Assembly: GCA_965146355.1 (NCBI GenBank)
Contig: CBCTFZ010000002.1
Span: 1-24,000 of the forward strand
Direction of reading: 5' to 3'
Length of the DNA stretch: 24,000 nucleotides
DNA from: an uncultured Emergencia sp.
GTDB taxonomy: Bacteria; Bacillota; Clostridia; Peptostreptococcales; Anaerovoracaceae
The notes beneath the pieces are model-generated. The model saw only the letters and a program-made list of their open reading frames with translations, made no database searches and was not told the DNA's origin. The position numbers and the translations under genes are program-made. Every line of letters begins with the position of its first letter. The stretch's first letter is position 1. Positions 14,474 through 22,823 of this stretch are shown in pieces.

Positions 14474-15676
14474 ATGAATAAGTTATTGAATTTTGAATAC
14501 GCATGTATTCAAGGTACGTATTGGATGGTCTACAGCATCGTAAGCAGCTTCGCCTCGGTGTTTTTGCTGAGCCGAAACTATTCCAATACAGAAATCGGCA
14601 TTATCTTAGCGGTGGCCAACGTGGTGGCGGTAATCCTGCAGCCCTTGGCGGCTGATTTGGCAGATAGGTCCAAACGTTTTACTGTCATTGGCCTAAGCCA
14701 GATTATGACGATTATTATGATGGTGATGACCGTAGGGCTTTTCTCGCTGCAGGGAAAGTCTCTGGGATTGGCAGTGATTTTCGTACTGCTCATCGCGTGG
14801 CATACGGCTCTGCAGCCTCTTATCAATTCTCTGAATTTTAAGCTGCAGGAAAGCGGCGTACATATCAACTTCGGCGTCGCCAGGAGTATGGGCTCTCTGG
14901 CTTATTCCATCCTGACGGCCATTCTGGGTACTCTGGTAGAAAACTATGGCGTACAGACCTTACCTGTCAGCGGAGAAATTGTAATGCTGATGCTGCTGTT
15001 CAGCCTGTTTCTGACAAGAAAACAGTACCTGAAAGTTAGAGCGGTCAACGCCGAAAAGGGTCTGATTGAAACAAAGAACAGGGAAGAAGACTCGGAAGAG
15101 ATTACATTGACGGATTTTATCCGCAGAAACAAGGTGTTTTTCGCCATCAACATCGGCGTTGTGGGTGTATATTTCAGCAATTCGGTGCTGAACAACTATA
15201 TGATGCAGATTGTAGCCGATGTAGGAGGCGACAGTGAGGATATGGGAAGGGTTCTGGCCGTAATGGCATTCCTTGAGATTCCGACTATGGTCTGCTTCGA
15301 CGCACTTCGCAAAAGATTTTCATGTCAGCTGATGCTGAAAGTGGCGGCAGTAGGCTTTACTGCAAAGATTTTTATGTGCTATATGGCAACCTCCGTCACC
15401 ATGATTTTTGCGGCTCATCTGCTGCAGCTGGTATCGTTTGCTCTGTTTCTGCCCGCTATGGTTCACTTCATTGACGAAATTATGAGCAAGGGCGAGGCAG
15501 TTAAGGGTCAGGCCCTGTACACGATGATGATAACGGTTACTACTATTTTTTCCAGCCTGGTGGGCGGCGCCATTCTTGATTTCAGCGGGGCTAAGATGCT
15601 GACCCTGGTAGCTACAGTGGCGACGGCAATAGGCGCGGTAATTATCATTGCCACGGTAGATAAGGTGAAAAGATAA
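14474..15676 (+). CDS. MFS transporter, substrate unknown
   Basis: 400 aa, 12-TM-like, with a cytoplasmic loop at mid-protein. The ATG at 14474 lies 5 nt after GGAGG. The GTG at 14456 in the ORF track falls within the U-tract. Confidence 0.8.
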   Translation: MNKLLNFEYACIQGTYWMVYSIVSSFASVFLLSRNYSNTEIGIILAVANVVAVILQPLAADLADRSKRFTVIGLSQIMTIIMMVMTVGLFSLQGKSLGLAVIFVLLIAWHTALQPLINSLNFKLQESGVHINFGVARSMGSLAYSILTAILGTLVENYGVQTLPVSGEIVMLMLLFSLFLTRKQYLKVRAVNAEKGLIETKNREEDSEEITLTDFIRRNKVFFAINIGVVGVYFSNSVLNNYMMQIVADVGGDSEDMGRVLAVMAFLEIPTMVCFDALRKRFSCQLMLKVAAVGFTAKIFMCYMATSVTMIFAAHLLQLVSFALFLPAMVHFIDEIMSKGEAVKGQALYTMMITVTTIFSSLVGGAILDFSGAKMLTLVATVATAIGAVIIIATVDKVKR

Positions 15677-15688
15677 AGAATTGAAATG

Positions 15689-15728
15689 AAAACACGCAAA
15701 TGTTCCGGCGGAACTCTGCGTGTTTTTT
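15689..15728 (+). terminator. Intrinsic terminator
   Basis: The stem aacacgca (15691-15698) / tgcgtgtt (15717-15724) has an inner gttcc-ggc-ggaac helix and is followed by a T-run to 15728. Confidence 0.8.
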
Positions 15729-15847
15729 TGAGGCCTGAGGCAGGAAACAAAATCTCCCATATAATTTCATATTGCCGACACTATAAATTTGTCGAATTTT
15801 GTGGTATGATAAAAAGTAACTTGAAAATCCATAGGAGGCGAAAGCTT

Positions 15848-16453
15848 ATGAATCTGCAGAAAACGGCAGAAGCTTTGGAGGCAAAAGGGTATGGGGTTTC
15901 CGTATTTAGGACGGCAGAAGAGGCTGCAGGCTACCTGAATCGTGAAATCGACGGAACCACCGTGGGTATTGGCGGCTCCGTGACCTTGGACCAGATGGGC
16001 GTATATGAATCCCTGTCCGCACACAATCAGGTTTACTGGCACTGGCGGCCGGAGGAAGGCACCGAGGCCGAAGGACTGCGCAGGCAGGCTGCCGGCGCGG
16101 ACATCTATCTGACCTCTGTTAACGGACTCAGCGAAACCGGAGAGATGGTAAACATAGACGGTTCCGGAAATCGTCTGGCGTCTACCCTTTACGGACATAA
16201 GAAGGTATACTTCGTGATAGGCTCCAACAAAATTGAGCCGGATTTGACCGAGACTATTTACAGGGTCCGCAATGTGGCGTCGCCGAAAAATGCGCAGCGT
16301 TTAGGTTGTAAGACGCCCTGTGCTGCCACAGGGGACCGGTGCTACGACTGCAGAAGCGATGAGCGTATTTGCAGAGCCATGGTGATTCATTTTGAGAAAA
16401 TGCTCTCCTGTGACATGGAGGTAGTCCTGGTAGAAGAAAGTTTGGGGTACTGA
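15848..16453 (+). CDS. LUD-domain (YkgG/LutC-like, DUF162) protein
   Basis: MNLQKTAEALEAKGYGVSVFRTAEEAAGYL…VGIGGSVTL…SVNGLSETGEMVNIDGSGNR… is the LUD-domain pattern. The ATG at 15848 lies 9 nt after AGGAGG. I rejected the ORF-track start at 15686 because it begins inside the terminator. Confidence 0.78.
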   Translation: MNLQKTAEALEAKGYGVSVFRTAEEAAGYLNREIDGTTVGIGGSVTLDQMGVYESLSAHNQVYWHWRPEEGTEAEGLRRQAAGADIYLTSVNGLSETGEMVNIDGSGNRLASTLYGHKKVYFVIGSNKIEPDLTETIYRVRNVASPKNAQRLGCKTPCAATGDRCYDCRSDERICRAMVIHFEKMLSCDMEVVLVEESLGY

Positions 16454-16454
16454 T

Positions 16455-16943
16455 ATGAAGCTGAACATTAGAAAAGCGCAGAAAGAGGACCTTGAGAGAA
16501 TTGCAGCTATCGAAGAGCAGTGTTTTCCTCCGGAGGAGGCCGCCGACATGGAAAAATACCGGTGGCGCCTTGCAAACTATCCCGATTACTTTATCGTGGG
16601 GGAAACGGAGAAAGAGATAGCAGCCGTAATCTGCATGATTCCTATGGCTGCGCAGGTCATTACTGACGAGATTTTTGAAATGGAGAAAGTGCCGGCAGGC
16701 GCCACTGCGGCGGTGCTGACCGTAATGACCGGAAAGAACTACAGGCGGCAGGGTCTGGCGGAGCAGATGCTGACTGCGGCGATAGATGTCTGCAGAAGCC
16801 TTTCTATGAAATTCATGGCCCTTACCTGTAAAGAACACCTGATTCATTATTACGCCAAGTTCGGTTTTGAGAAGCTTGGCGTATCCCAGTCGGTTCACGG
16901 CGGGGCAGTCTGGTATGACATGGTGAAGCAGTTAGATGAATAG
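16455..16943 (+). CDS. GNAT-family N-acetyltransferase
   Basis: 162 aa. It starts …IRKAQKEDLERIAAIEEQCFP… and carries the acetyl-CoA motif …YRRQGLAEQML…. Its start lies 1 nt after the upstream stop. Confidence 0.85.
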   Translation: MKLNIRKAQKEDLERIAAIEEQCFPPEEAADMEKYRWRLANYPDYFIVGETEKEIAAVICMIPMAAQVITDEIFEMEKVPAGATAAVLTVMTGKNYRRQGLAEQMLTAAIDVCRSLSMKFMALTCKEHLIHYYAKFGFEKLGVSQSVHGGAVWYDMVKQLDE

Positions 16944-16972
16944 AATTTAAAATAAAAAGAAAGGAAAGATTT

Positions 16973-17938
16973 ATGAAGACAAAACAGACCATCGGACTGA
17001 TTGTTGCGGTAGTCCTGTTTATCGTTACCGGTGTTGCCAGTGTGATAACCAACACCGTTTCCGAAAGCATTTTTGACAAAGTGACAGAAGAGGTTCTCTC
17101 CGAAGGGGTAACCTTTGCGCCGCCTTCGGGGGATTATATCGCGGTTGTGGATATTGTGGGAACCATACAGCAGCAGTCCGGCGACACATTGTACAGCTCT
17201 GAGGAATACAGACATACCACTACCATGAGCTACATAGACAGTCTGATAAACGATGATAACAATCAGGGAATGCTGCTTTATGTGGATTCACCAGGAGGCA
17301 CCGTGTATGAGTCCCAGGAAATGTACGATAAAATCATGGAATACAAGAAGGCTACCGGTCGGCCGGTATATGCGTATATGGCCCATTACGGCGCTTCCGG
17401 CGCTTACATGATTTCCATGGCGGCCGATGAGATTTATGCCAATCAAAATGCCGTAACCGGTTCCATCGGCGTCATTATGAGCGGGTATGATTTGAGCGGG
17501 CTTTATAAAAAGCTGGGAATCGAAAACATCAACATTACCAGCGGAGCCAATAAGGCTACCACTTTCAGCGACGAGCAGATGGAAATTTATCAGAAGCAGG
17601 TCGATGAATATTATGAGGTATTTGTCTCTATTGTAGCTGAGGGAAGAAACATGTCTGTCAAAGAGGTGAAGAAACTGGCAGACGGCAGAACTTATACGGC
17701 CAAGCAGGCTGTGGAAAACGGTCTGATAGACAAGACCGCCTCCTACGAGGACGCCAAAGAAATGATTGGAAGAGCTATCGGAACTGACAGCTATTATGAG
17801 CTGAAGAGCAGCACAAGCTTATGGAGCTCTTTCTTTTCAAAGGTGGAGAGTATTGTACCTAAATCCGACAGCCAGATACTGAAGGAAACCGCTGAAGAAT
17901 TTGAAAGCGGGGTGTTTATGTATTATGCGCAGTTATAA
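16973..17938 (+). CDS. sppA: Signal peptide peptidase SppA (36K type)
   Basis: It has an N-terminal TM segment, then …LLYVDSPGGTVYES…GASGAYMISMAADEIYANQNAVTGSIGV… of the S49 peptidase family. Confidence 0.9.
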   Translation: MKTKQTIGLIVAVVLFIVTGVASVITNTVSESIFDKVTEEVLSEGVTFAPPSGDYIAVVDIVGTIQQQSGDTLYSSEEYRHTTTMSYIDSLINDDNNQGMLLYVDSPGGTVYESQEMYDKIMEYKKATGRPVYAYMAHYGASGAYMISMAADEIYANQNAVTGSIGVIMSGYDLSGLYKKLGIENINITSGANKATTFSDEQMEIYQKQVDEYYEVFVSIVAEGRNMSVKEVKKLADGRTYTAKQAVENGLIDKTASYEDAKEMIGRAIGTDSYYELKSSTSLWSSFFSKVESIVPKSDSQILKETAEEFESGVFMYYAQL

Positions 17939-18677
17939 TTGGGCAGAGGGCAGCACCGCCGAAGTCGGGGCTGTTTCGGACATTCAGGTTTACGCAGGAT
18001 TTTGGGCCAGAACTGCCGCCTACGTTATCGACGGGTTTATCGTCTTCGCAGGGCAGCTGGTATTTCGCTTTCTGCTGTTTCTGACTTTTGGACTTTTCTG
18101 GAATAATAATCCGCTGGATGGGTCTTTTCTCTTTCAGTATTCCTTTAAGGACGCTTTGCTTTACGGAGTCGGCGCAATCTACTTTGTGTTGTGTACTTAT
18201 TATGCAGGGGCGACTCTGGGGAAAAAGGCCATGAATCTGAAGGTAGTAAGCAGGGATGGAGAACGGCTTACATTCCTCAATGTACTTTACAGAGAAACCG
18301 TGGGCAGGTTTTTATCCGCATTTGTTCTATGCATCGGATATATTCTGGTGGGAGTCACCAACGAAAAGACAGGTCTGCACGATATTCTCTGCGATACCAG
18401 AGTTGTTTATGCAAAGAAAATCCCCACCTACATCAACGGAGATATCAACAAGCGGTATAAGCGGTACGAGCAGCCTCAGCGCACAGGCGGTGAGCAAGCC
18501 GGCCCATGGAAGACCATAGACAAAAAGCAGGAAGAACCGGAGCCGCCGGTGCCGCCGGTACCTCCGGTACCGTCAGACGACAAATCCGGCGAGAAGCCGC
18601 GGCCCTATTACAGACAGCCTGACGACATCTATGACAGGTATAGACATGTGGACCCGAAGAAGAATGAAAAAGAATGA
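17925..18677 (+). CDS. RDD-family membrane protein with a proline-rich C-terminal tail
   Basis: …YAGFWARTAAYVIDGFIV… and …GLHDILCDTRVV… are RDD-domain hallmarks. The start is uncertain: either the ATG at 17925 or the TTG at 17901. Both overlap the sppA end. Confidence 0.8.
   Translation: MRSYNWAEGSTAEVGAVSDIQVYAGFWARTAAYVIDGFIVFAGQLVFRFLLFLTFGLFWNNNPLDGSFLFQYSFKDALLYGVGAIYFVLCTYYAGATLGKKAMNLKVVSRDGERLTFLNVLYRETVGRFLSAFVLCIGYILVGVTNEKTGLHDILCDTRVVYAKKIPTYINGDINKRYKRYEQPQRTGGEQAGPWKTIDKKQEEPEPPVPPVPPVPSDDKSGEKPRPYYRQPDDIYDRYRHVDPKKNEKE
18543..18572 (+). repeat. In-frame 9-nt tandem repeat (CCGCCGGTN x3), encoding PPVPPVPPVP
   Basis: Read directly: ccgccggtg / ccgccggta / cctccggta / ccg. Confidence 0.8.
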
Positions 18678-18688
18678 TGAAGCCGAAG

Positions 18689-18720
18689 ACTCCGTCTGCT
18701 CAGCAGGCGGAGTTCTTAAT
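18689..18720. terminator. Hairpin after the RDD gene, with a weak U-tract
   Basis: The stem actccgtctgc (18689-18699) / gcaggcggagt (18703-18713) has one G-U pair and a 3-nt loop, followed by TCTTAAT. Confidence 0.45.
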
Positions 18721-18819
18721 ATGGGCCGCCGGGCCTGCACTTTCTTCCCCTGCCTCGGAGTGTTCTGCAGTTTTACCGGCACCTTGCCGTCCAGGCTTTT
18801 CCCACGGCGTTAGTTTCAT
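18700..18819 (-). CDS. Possible 39-aa small protein (MKLTPWEKPGRQGAGKTAEHSEAGEESAGPAAHIKNSAC)
   Basis: A GGGAGG RBS lies 4 nt upstream of the ATG at 18819 on the minus strand. The ORF ends with a TGA inside the hairpin. This stretch is GC-rich, unlike the other intergenic regions in the window. The ORF is too short for the ORF track. Confidence 0.25.
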   Translation of the reverse strand: MKLTPWEKPGRQGAGKTAEHSEAGEESAGPAAHIKNSAC

Positions 18820-18926
18820 TTTGCCTCCCTTTAAATCTTAAAAATTCTTAATTCATATAAGTTTTACTATATTTTTTGCCGGAAAAGAGCTAAAATAAAG
18901 AAGGGGAAAGGGAGAAAGGATAATTT

Positions 18927-19625
18927 ATGGAATCATACAAGATTTTAATCGTCGATGACGACCCCAATATCAGAGAGGTCTTATCTGTGCTTTTGGGAAG
19001 CGAAGGATATTCGGTGCAGCAGGCGGAGAACGGAGAGACCGCTCTGGAAATTGTAAACGGAGGCCGCCCGCTGGATTTAGTAATTTTGGATATTATGATG
19101 CCTGGCCTTTCCGGTGTGGAGGTTTGTACCAAAATCAGAGAGACTTCATCGGTGCCGGTGCTGTTTCTGACAGCCAAGTCCCAAGACCAGGACAAGATTG
19201 AAGCCTATAACCAGGGTGGAGACGATTATCTGGTAAAACCTTTTTCACAGACAGAACTTCTGATGAAGGTGAAATCCCTGCTGCGCAGGTATAAGGAATA
19301 CTATGACAAGTTTCCTCCTAAAGTTGCGGAAACCATCGGCGGCAATATCGCCATCGACAGCAAGACCAGAACCGCTCTGAAAAACGGTAAGAAAATTTCT
19401 CTAACCGATAAGGAATACGATATTTTGCGGTACTTTATGGAACACCGCGGTGAAATTGTAGAGAATAAAGACCTTTACGAAGGCGTCTGGGGGGAGAAAT
19501 ACCTGCCCTCCGCCGGCAATACAATTATGGTTCACGTGCTGAACTTGAGAAAGAAACTAGAAGAAGATGTGAACAAGCCGAAGATTATTAAAACTGTTTG
19601 GGGAAAGGGGTATAAGGTTGAGTAA
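18927..19625 (+). CDS. OmpR-family response regulator
   Basis: The receiver domain is present (ILIVDDD…DLVILDIMMPGLSG…LTAKS) with a winged-helix trans_reg_C domain (…IKTVWGKGYKV). Confidence 0.92.
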   Translation: MESYKILIVDDDPNIREVLSVLLGSEGYSVQQAENGETALEIVNGGRPLDLVILDIMMPGLSGVEVCTKIRETSSVPVLFLTAKSQDQDKIEAYNQGGDDYLVKPFSQTELLMKVKSLLRRYKEYYDKFPPKVAETIGGNIAIDSKTRTALKNGKKISLTDKEYDILRYFMEHRGEIVENKDLYEGVWGEKYLPSAGNTIMVHVLNLRKKLEEDVNKPKIIKTVWGKGYKVE

Positions 19626-21108
19626 ACGCAAGAAGTTTGTTCCCCTGAGTTTCAAGATGACGGCCGCCATTGTGGCCGGCATCTTTTTGGCTGTCTGCAC
19701 CTATGTTGCCTGCCTGTGGCTGACCGATTATGTTACCAGGGTCAGCTTTACCAGTGAAGAGGCTGTGAAGAAAAATGTCGGGGAGGCCTATGAGAGCCTC
19801 CAGAAGTTCATTGACCGCCGAGATGTGAAGGCCACCGATTCGGACAAGCTGAAAAAGTGGGTAGAAGAGTACGAGGATGTATATCTGTATATCTGGGATA
19901 ACAATAATACGTATATCTTTGAGGCCGGATGGTATGCGACCGGCGCTGAGGCAGATTCTCCCGACGAGGATTTGACCTTGGGCGTGAATCTGCAGATAGA
20001 GGACAACAGCGGGCGCATTGACAGGTCTGCTTTTACCGAGGACGTTCAGAATCGAATTGTAAAGTTCGCGGACAGAGAATATTATGTCTTTATCGATGTA
20101 TATAAACAGGTGCACTGGCAGCAGGGTATGAGCATTGCGTCCATTATCCTCAGCTTTTTTGTGCTGTTGACGGTTCTGCTGGTGTATCACAACCATGTGG
20201 TGAAACGGATTATGGCTCTGGCCGCCGATGTAGGCAGGGTAAAGGACGGCGATTTGGAGTACAGTATTGAAGGTACCAGAAATGACGAAATCGGACTGCT
20301 GGCTGACAGCGTCGATGAAATGAGAGACTCCATTCTGGAAAAGCACCGCAGCGAAAAGGAGGCATGGGAAGCCAACAATCAGCTCATTACATCCATGTCC
20401 CACGATATCAGAACGCCTCTGACTTCCATGATTGGCTACCTGGATATTATAGAAGGAAAGAAATACGAAAGTCAGGCTGACCTGGACCGGTACATATCTT
20501 CCTGCAGGGAGAAGGCTTTTCAGCTGAAAGACTTATCTGACAAGCTGTTTCAGTATTTCCTGGTCTTCGGCAAAAAAGAGTCGGATCAGGAGCTGGAACT
20601 TATGGACGCCAACATCCTGTTTCAGCAGCTGCTGCAGGAACACTGTGCGGAAATTATCAGCTATGGATATAAGGTGGAATTTTATTTCAATATTCCGGAA
20701 GTTACCGTGCAGGTTGAAATCTCCAGTTTGCAGCGACTTTTTGACAATATCTTTTCAAACATTATGAAGTATGCGGATAAGCGAGAGGTGGTCTGCATTT
20801 ACGCGGAGGCGGAAAACGGGCAGATTAAGATTCTGGCTATCAACGGTATGCCGGAGGAGGCCAAGAAGGTGGAAAGCACCAGAATCGGCCTTCTGACCTG
20901 CGAAAAAATCTGCAGCGACTTGGGCGGAGAGTTTTCCTACGATGAACAGGACAGAATGTTTACCGTTAGAATTTTACTGCCAATAAAAGAAACGGAGGCA
21001 GAAGAAGAGCCTTCTTCGGAGAGCCCTGAGAAGGGGGAGGAGACGGCAGAATCCCATGGGCTGCAGTCAGAGGAAAGTGAAACAACCGATGAAGAATCGG
21101 TAAAGTAA
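19618..21108 (+). CDS. Sensor histidine kinase (2 TM, HAMP, HisKA, HATPase_c) with an acidic C-terminal tail
   Basis: The H-box is SMSHDIRTPLTSMIGYLDI. A HAMP-like segment precedes it, and an N-box/G-box region follows. The TTG start at 19618 overlaps the response-regulator stop by 8 nt; an ATG at 19657 is an alternative. Confidence 0.88.
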   Translation: MSKRKKFVPLSFKMTAAIVAGIFLAVCTYVACLWLTDYVTRVSFTSEEAVKKNVGEAYESLQKFIDRRDVKATDSDKLKKWVEEYEDVYLYIWDNNNTYIFEAGWYATGAEADSPDEDLTLGVNLQIEDNSGRIDRSAFTEDVQNRIVKFADREYYVFIDVYKQVHWQQGMSIASIILSFFVLLTVLLVYHNHVVKRIMALAADVGRVKDGDLEYSIEGTRNDEIGLLADSVDEMRDSILEKHRSEKEAWEANNQLITSMSHDIRTPLTSMIGYLDIIEGKKYESQADLDRYISSCREKAFQLKDLSDKLFQYFLVFGKKESDQELELMDANILFQQLLQEHCAEIISYGYKVEFYFNIPEVTVQVEISSLQRLFDNIFSNIMKYADKREVVCIYAEAENGQIKILAINGMPEEAKKVESTRIGLLTCEKICSDLGGEFSYDEQDRMFTVRILLPIKETEAEEEPSSESPEKGEETAESHGLQSEESETTDEESVK

Positions 21109-21120
21109 ATAAGTTTAACC

Positions 21121-21170
21121 AAAAGAGACGCGTCTTCCTCTCTCGAGCAAAGAACGCGTCTCGGTTTTTT
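21121..21170. terminator. Bidirectional terminator between convergent genes
   Basis: The stem gagacgcgt (21125-21133) / acgcgtctc (21154-21162) is flanked by AAAA upstream and GGTTTTTT downstream. Confidence 0.7.
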
Positions 21171-21217
21171 ATAGCGTAGGAAATATCGACTGCTTGATTC
21201 CGTTCTGCACACTTTTC

Positions 21218-22393
21218 TTATACCTGATTTACGTAGTTTTTATCGAAGTTTATGATGACAAAATAGTTTTCGTTTTCAGCCTTTATGGCCTGATTGAAGG
21301 CTTCGTAGATTTCTTTGGAAGACATTTTGCAGCCGGGATTTATTACCACGTCGAAGATGATATTGGTATGGGTAGGGCCGGTTACTGCCCGCAGGTCATG
21401 TATGTTGGACACGCCCTCAAGTTGTGACAGAACCTGACTTGTAATTTCAGCCATTCGAGAGACTATCGGGTCGTCGACTTTAATCGGGTCCATGTGGGCC
21501 GTCAACATCAGGCGAAACTTCTGGGAAATCTGTCTTTCGATGTTATCCACCATGTCATGGCTTTCCATCAAATCCCCGTTGGCGTCTACTTCAATGTGGA
21601 TAGAGGCGAAAATCTTTCCCGGTCCGTAATTGTGTACGACCAAGTCGTGGATGCCGAGAACGCCGTCAAAGGACATGACGTTTTGGGCGATGGCTTCTAC
21701 CAGCTCGGGGTCAGGGGCTTCTCCCAGCAGAGGACTGACTGTCTCTTTGATTAGTCCGATGCCTGACCAGATAATAAAGAGCGCTACGAGGACTCCCATA
21801 TAGCCGTCAATCTGCAAACCGCTGAATCTGCCCACGATGATGCTGCAAAGGACTGCAGCTGTGGCGATAACGTCGTTTCTGCTGTCCGCGCCGGTGGCGG
21901 CCAGGGCTACGGAGTTGATTTTCTTACCGACTTTGATATTGAACAGAGCCTGCCATATTTTCAGCAGGATTGCAAGCACTAAAACGATGACCACGGACCA
22001 GCTGAATTCCAGGGGGGAAGGATGAAGAATCTTATCCACGGAAGACTTTGCCAGTTCTACTCCGACCACTACGATTAGTACGGAAACTATCATGCCGGTG
22101 ATGTACTCGATTCTGGCGTGGCCGTAGGGATGCTCTTCGTCCTCCGGCATGGAAGCCAGCTTGAATCCGGCCAGGGTAATTATCGAAGAAGACGCGTCGG
22201 CCAGGTTGTTGATACCGTCGGCAATAATGGCGATGCTGCCGGAAAAAATACCAGTCAGAAGCTTGGCGATACAGAGTATGGCGTTGGAGACGATGCCTAC
22301 GGCGCCGGCCAGTTTTCCATAGCTTTCTCTGACCTGAGGGTCTTTCGTATTTTCAAAGTTTTTAATGAAGGTTTTACAAAGGAAATCCGTCAT
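21218..22393 (-). CDS. Cation diffusion facilitator (CDF) family metal efflux transporter
   Basis: …SGSIAIIADGINNLADASSSIITL…HPYGHARIEY… is the CDF signature. Six TM segments are followed by a C-terminal cytoplasmic domain. Confidence 0.9.
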   Translation of the reverse strand: MTDFLCKTFIKNFENTKDPQVRESYGKLAGAVGIVSNAILCIAKLLTGIFSGSIAIIADGINNLADASSSIITLAGFKLASMPEDEEHPYGHARIEYITGMIVSVLIVVVGVELAKSSVDKILHPSPLEFSWSVVIVLVLAILLKIWQALFNIKVGKKINSVALAATGADSRNDVIATAAVLCSIIVGRFSGLQIDGYMGVLVALFIIWSGIGLIKETVSPLLGEAPDPELVEAIAQNVMSFDGVLGIHDLVVHNYGPGKIFASIHIEVDANGDLMESHDMVDNIERQISQKFRLMLTAHMDPIKVDDPIVSRMAEITSQVLSQLEGVSNIHDLRAVTGPTHTNIIFDVVINPGCKMSSKEIYEAFNQAIKAENENYFVIINFDKNYVNQV

Positions 22394-22394
22394 C

Positions 22395-22655
22395 TTATTG
22401 TTCCTCTTCCTGGGCCATGGCGGCTTCTACAGCTTTTACCAGCTGGTCCGGACAGGAGGTGGACTTGAAGCCGCATTTGATGCCGGAAAGCTTTTCTTTC
22501 AGCTGGTCTACGGACATGCCGGAAACCAGCGCGCTGATACCCTGCAGATTTCCGTTGCAGCCGCCGTGGAAAACTGCGTCTTTCAGCACGCCGTCTTCAA
22601 TTTCCACATCGATGTAGCTGGAACAGGTGCCCTGGGTCTTATATCTGTATAACAT
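22395..22655 (-). CDS. TIGR03905-type four-Cys TSCPD-domain protein
   Basis: 86 aa: MLYRYKTQGTCSS…FHGGCNGNLQGI…IKCGFKSTSCPDQL, with four conserved Cys. Its stop lies 1 nt before the CDF start (TAAgATG). Confidence 0.85.
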   Translation of the reverse strand: MLYRYKTQGTCSSYIDVEIEDGVLKDAVFHGGCNGNLQGISALVSGMSVDQLKEKLSGIKCGFKSTSCPDQLVKAVEAAMAQEEEQ

Positions 22656-22700
22656 GTTTTCAAATCTCCTTTCTGAATTGTGTTTTTCTCAAATACCAAC

Positions 22701-22729
22701 AGTATAACATAAAAGGCAGAAAATATGAA
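22701..22729 (-). promoter_or_regulatory. Possible promoter of the TSCPD-CDF operon
   Basis: The minus strand reads TTCATA-17 nt-TGtTATACT (-35 at 22729-22724, -10 at 22706-22701). Confidence 0.45.
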
Positions 22730-22739
22730 TAAAAAATAA

Positions 22740-22769
22740 TTGAACAGAAGCCTTTCAGCGTTGTATAAT
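22740..22769 (+). promoter_or_regulatory. Possible promoter of the TIM-barrel gene
   Basis: TTGAAC (22740-22745)-18 nt-TATAAT (22764-22769). Confidence 0.45.
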
Positions 22770-22823
22770 AGAAAAGGAATTCAGAAATATTTGGGATAGT
22801 TTTAGATTTGAGAGGAGGTTATT

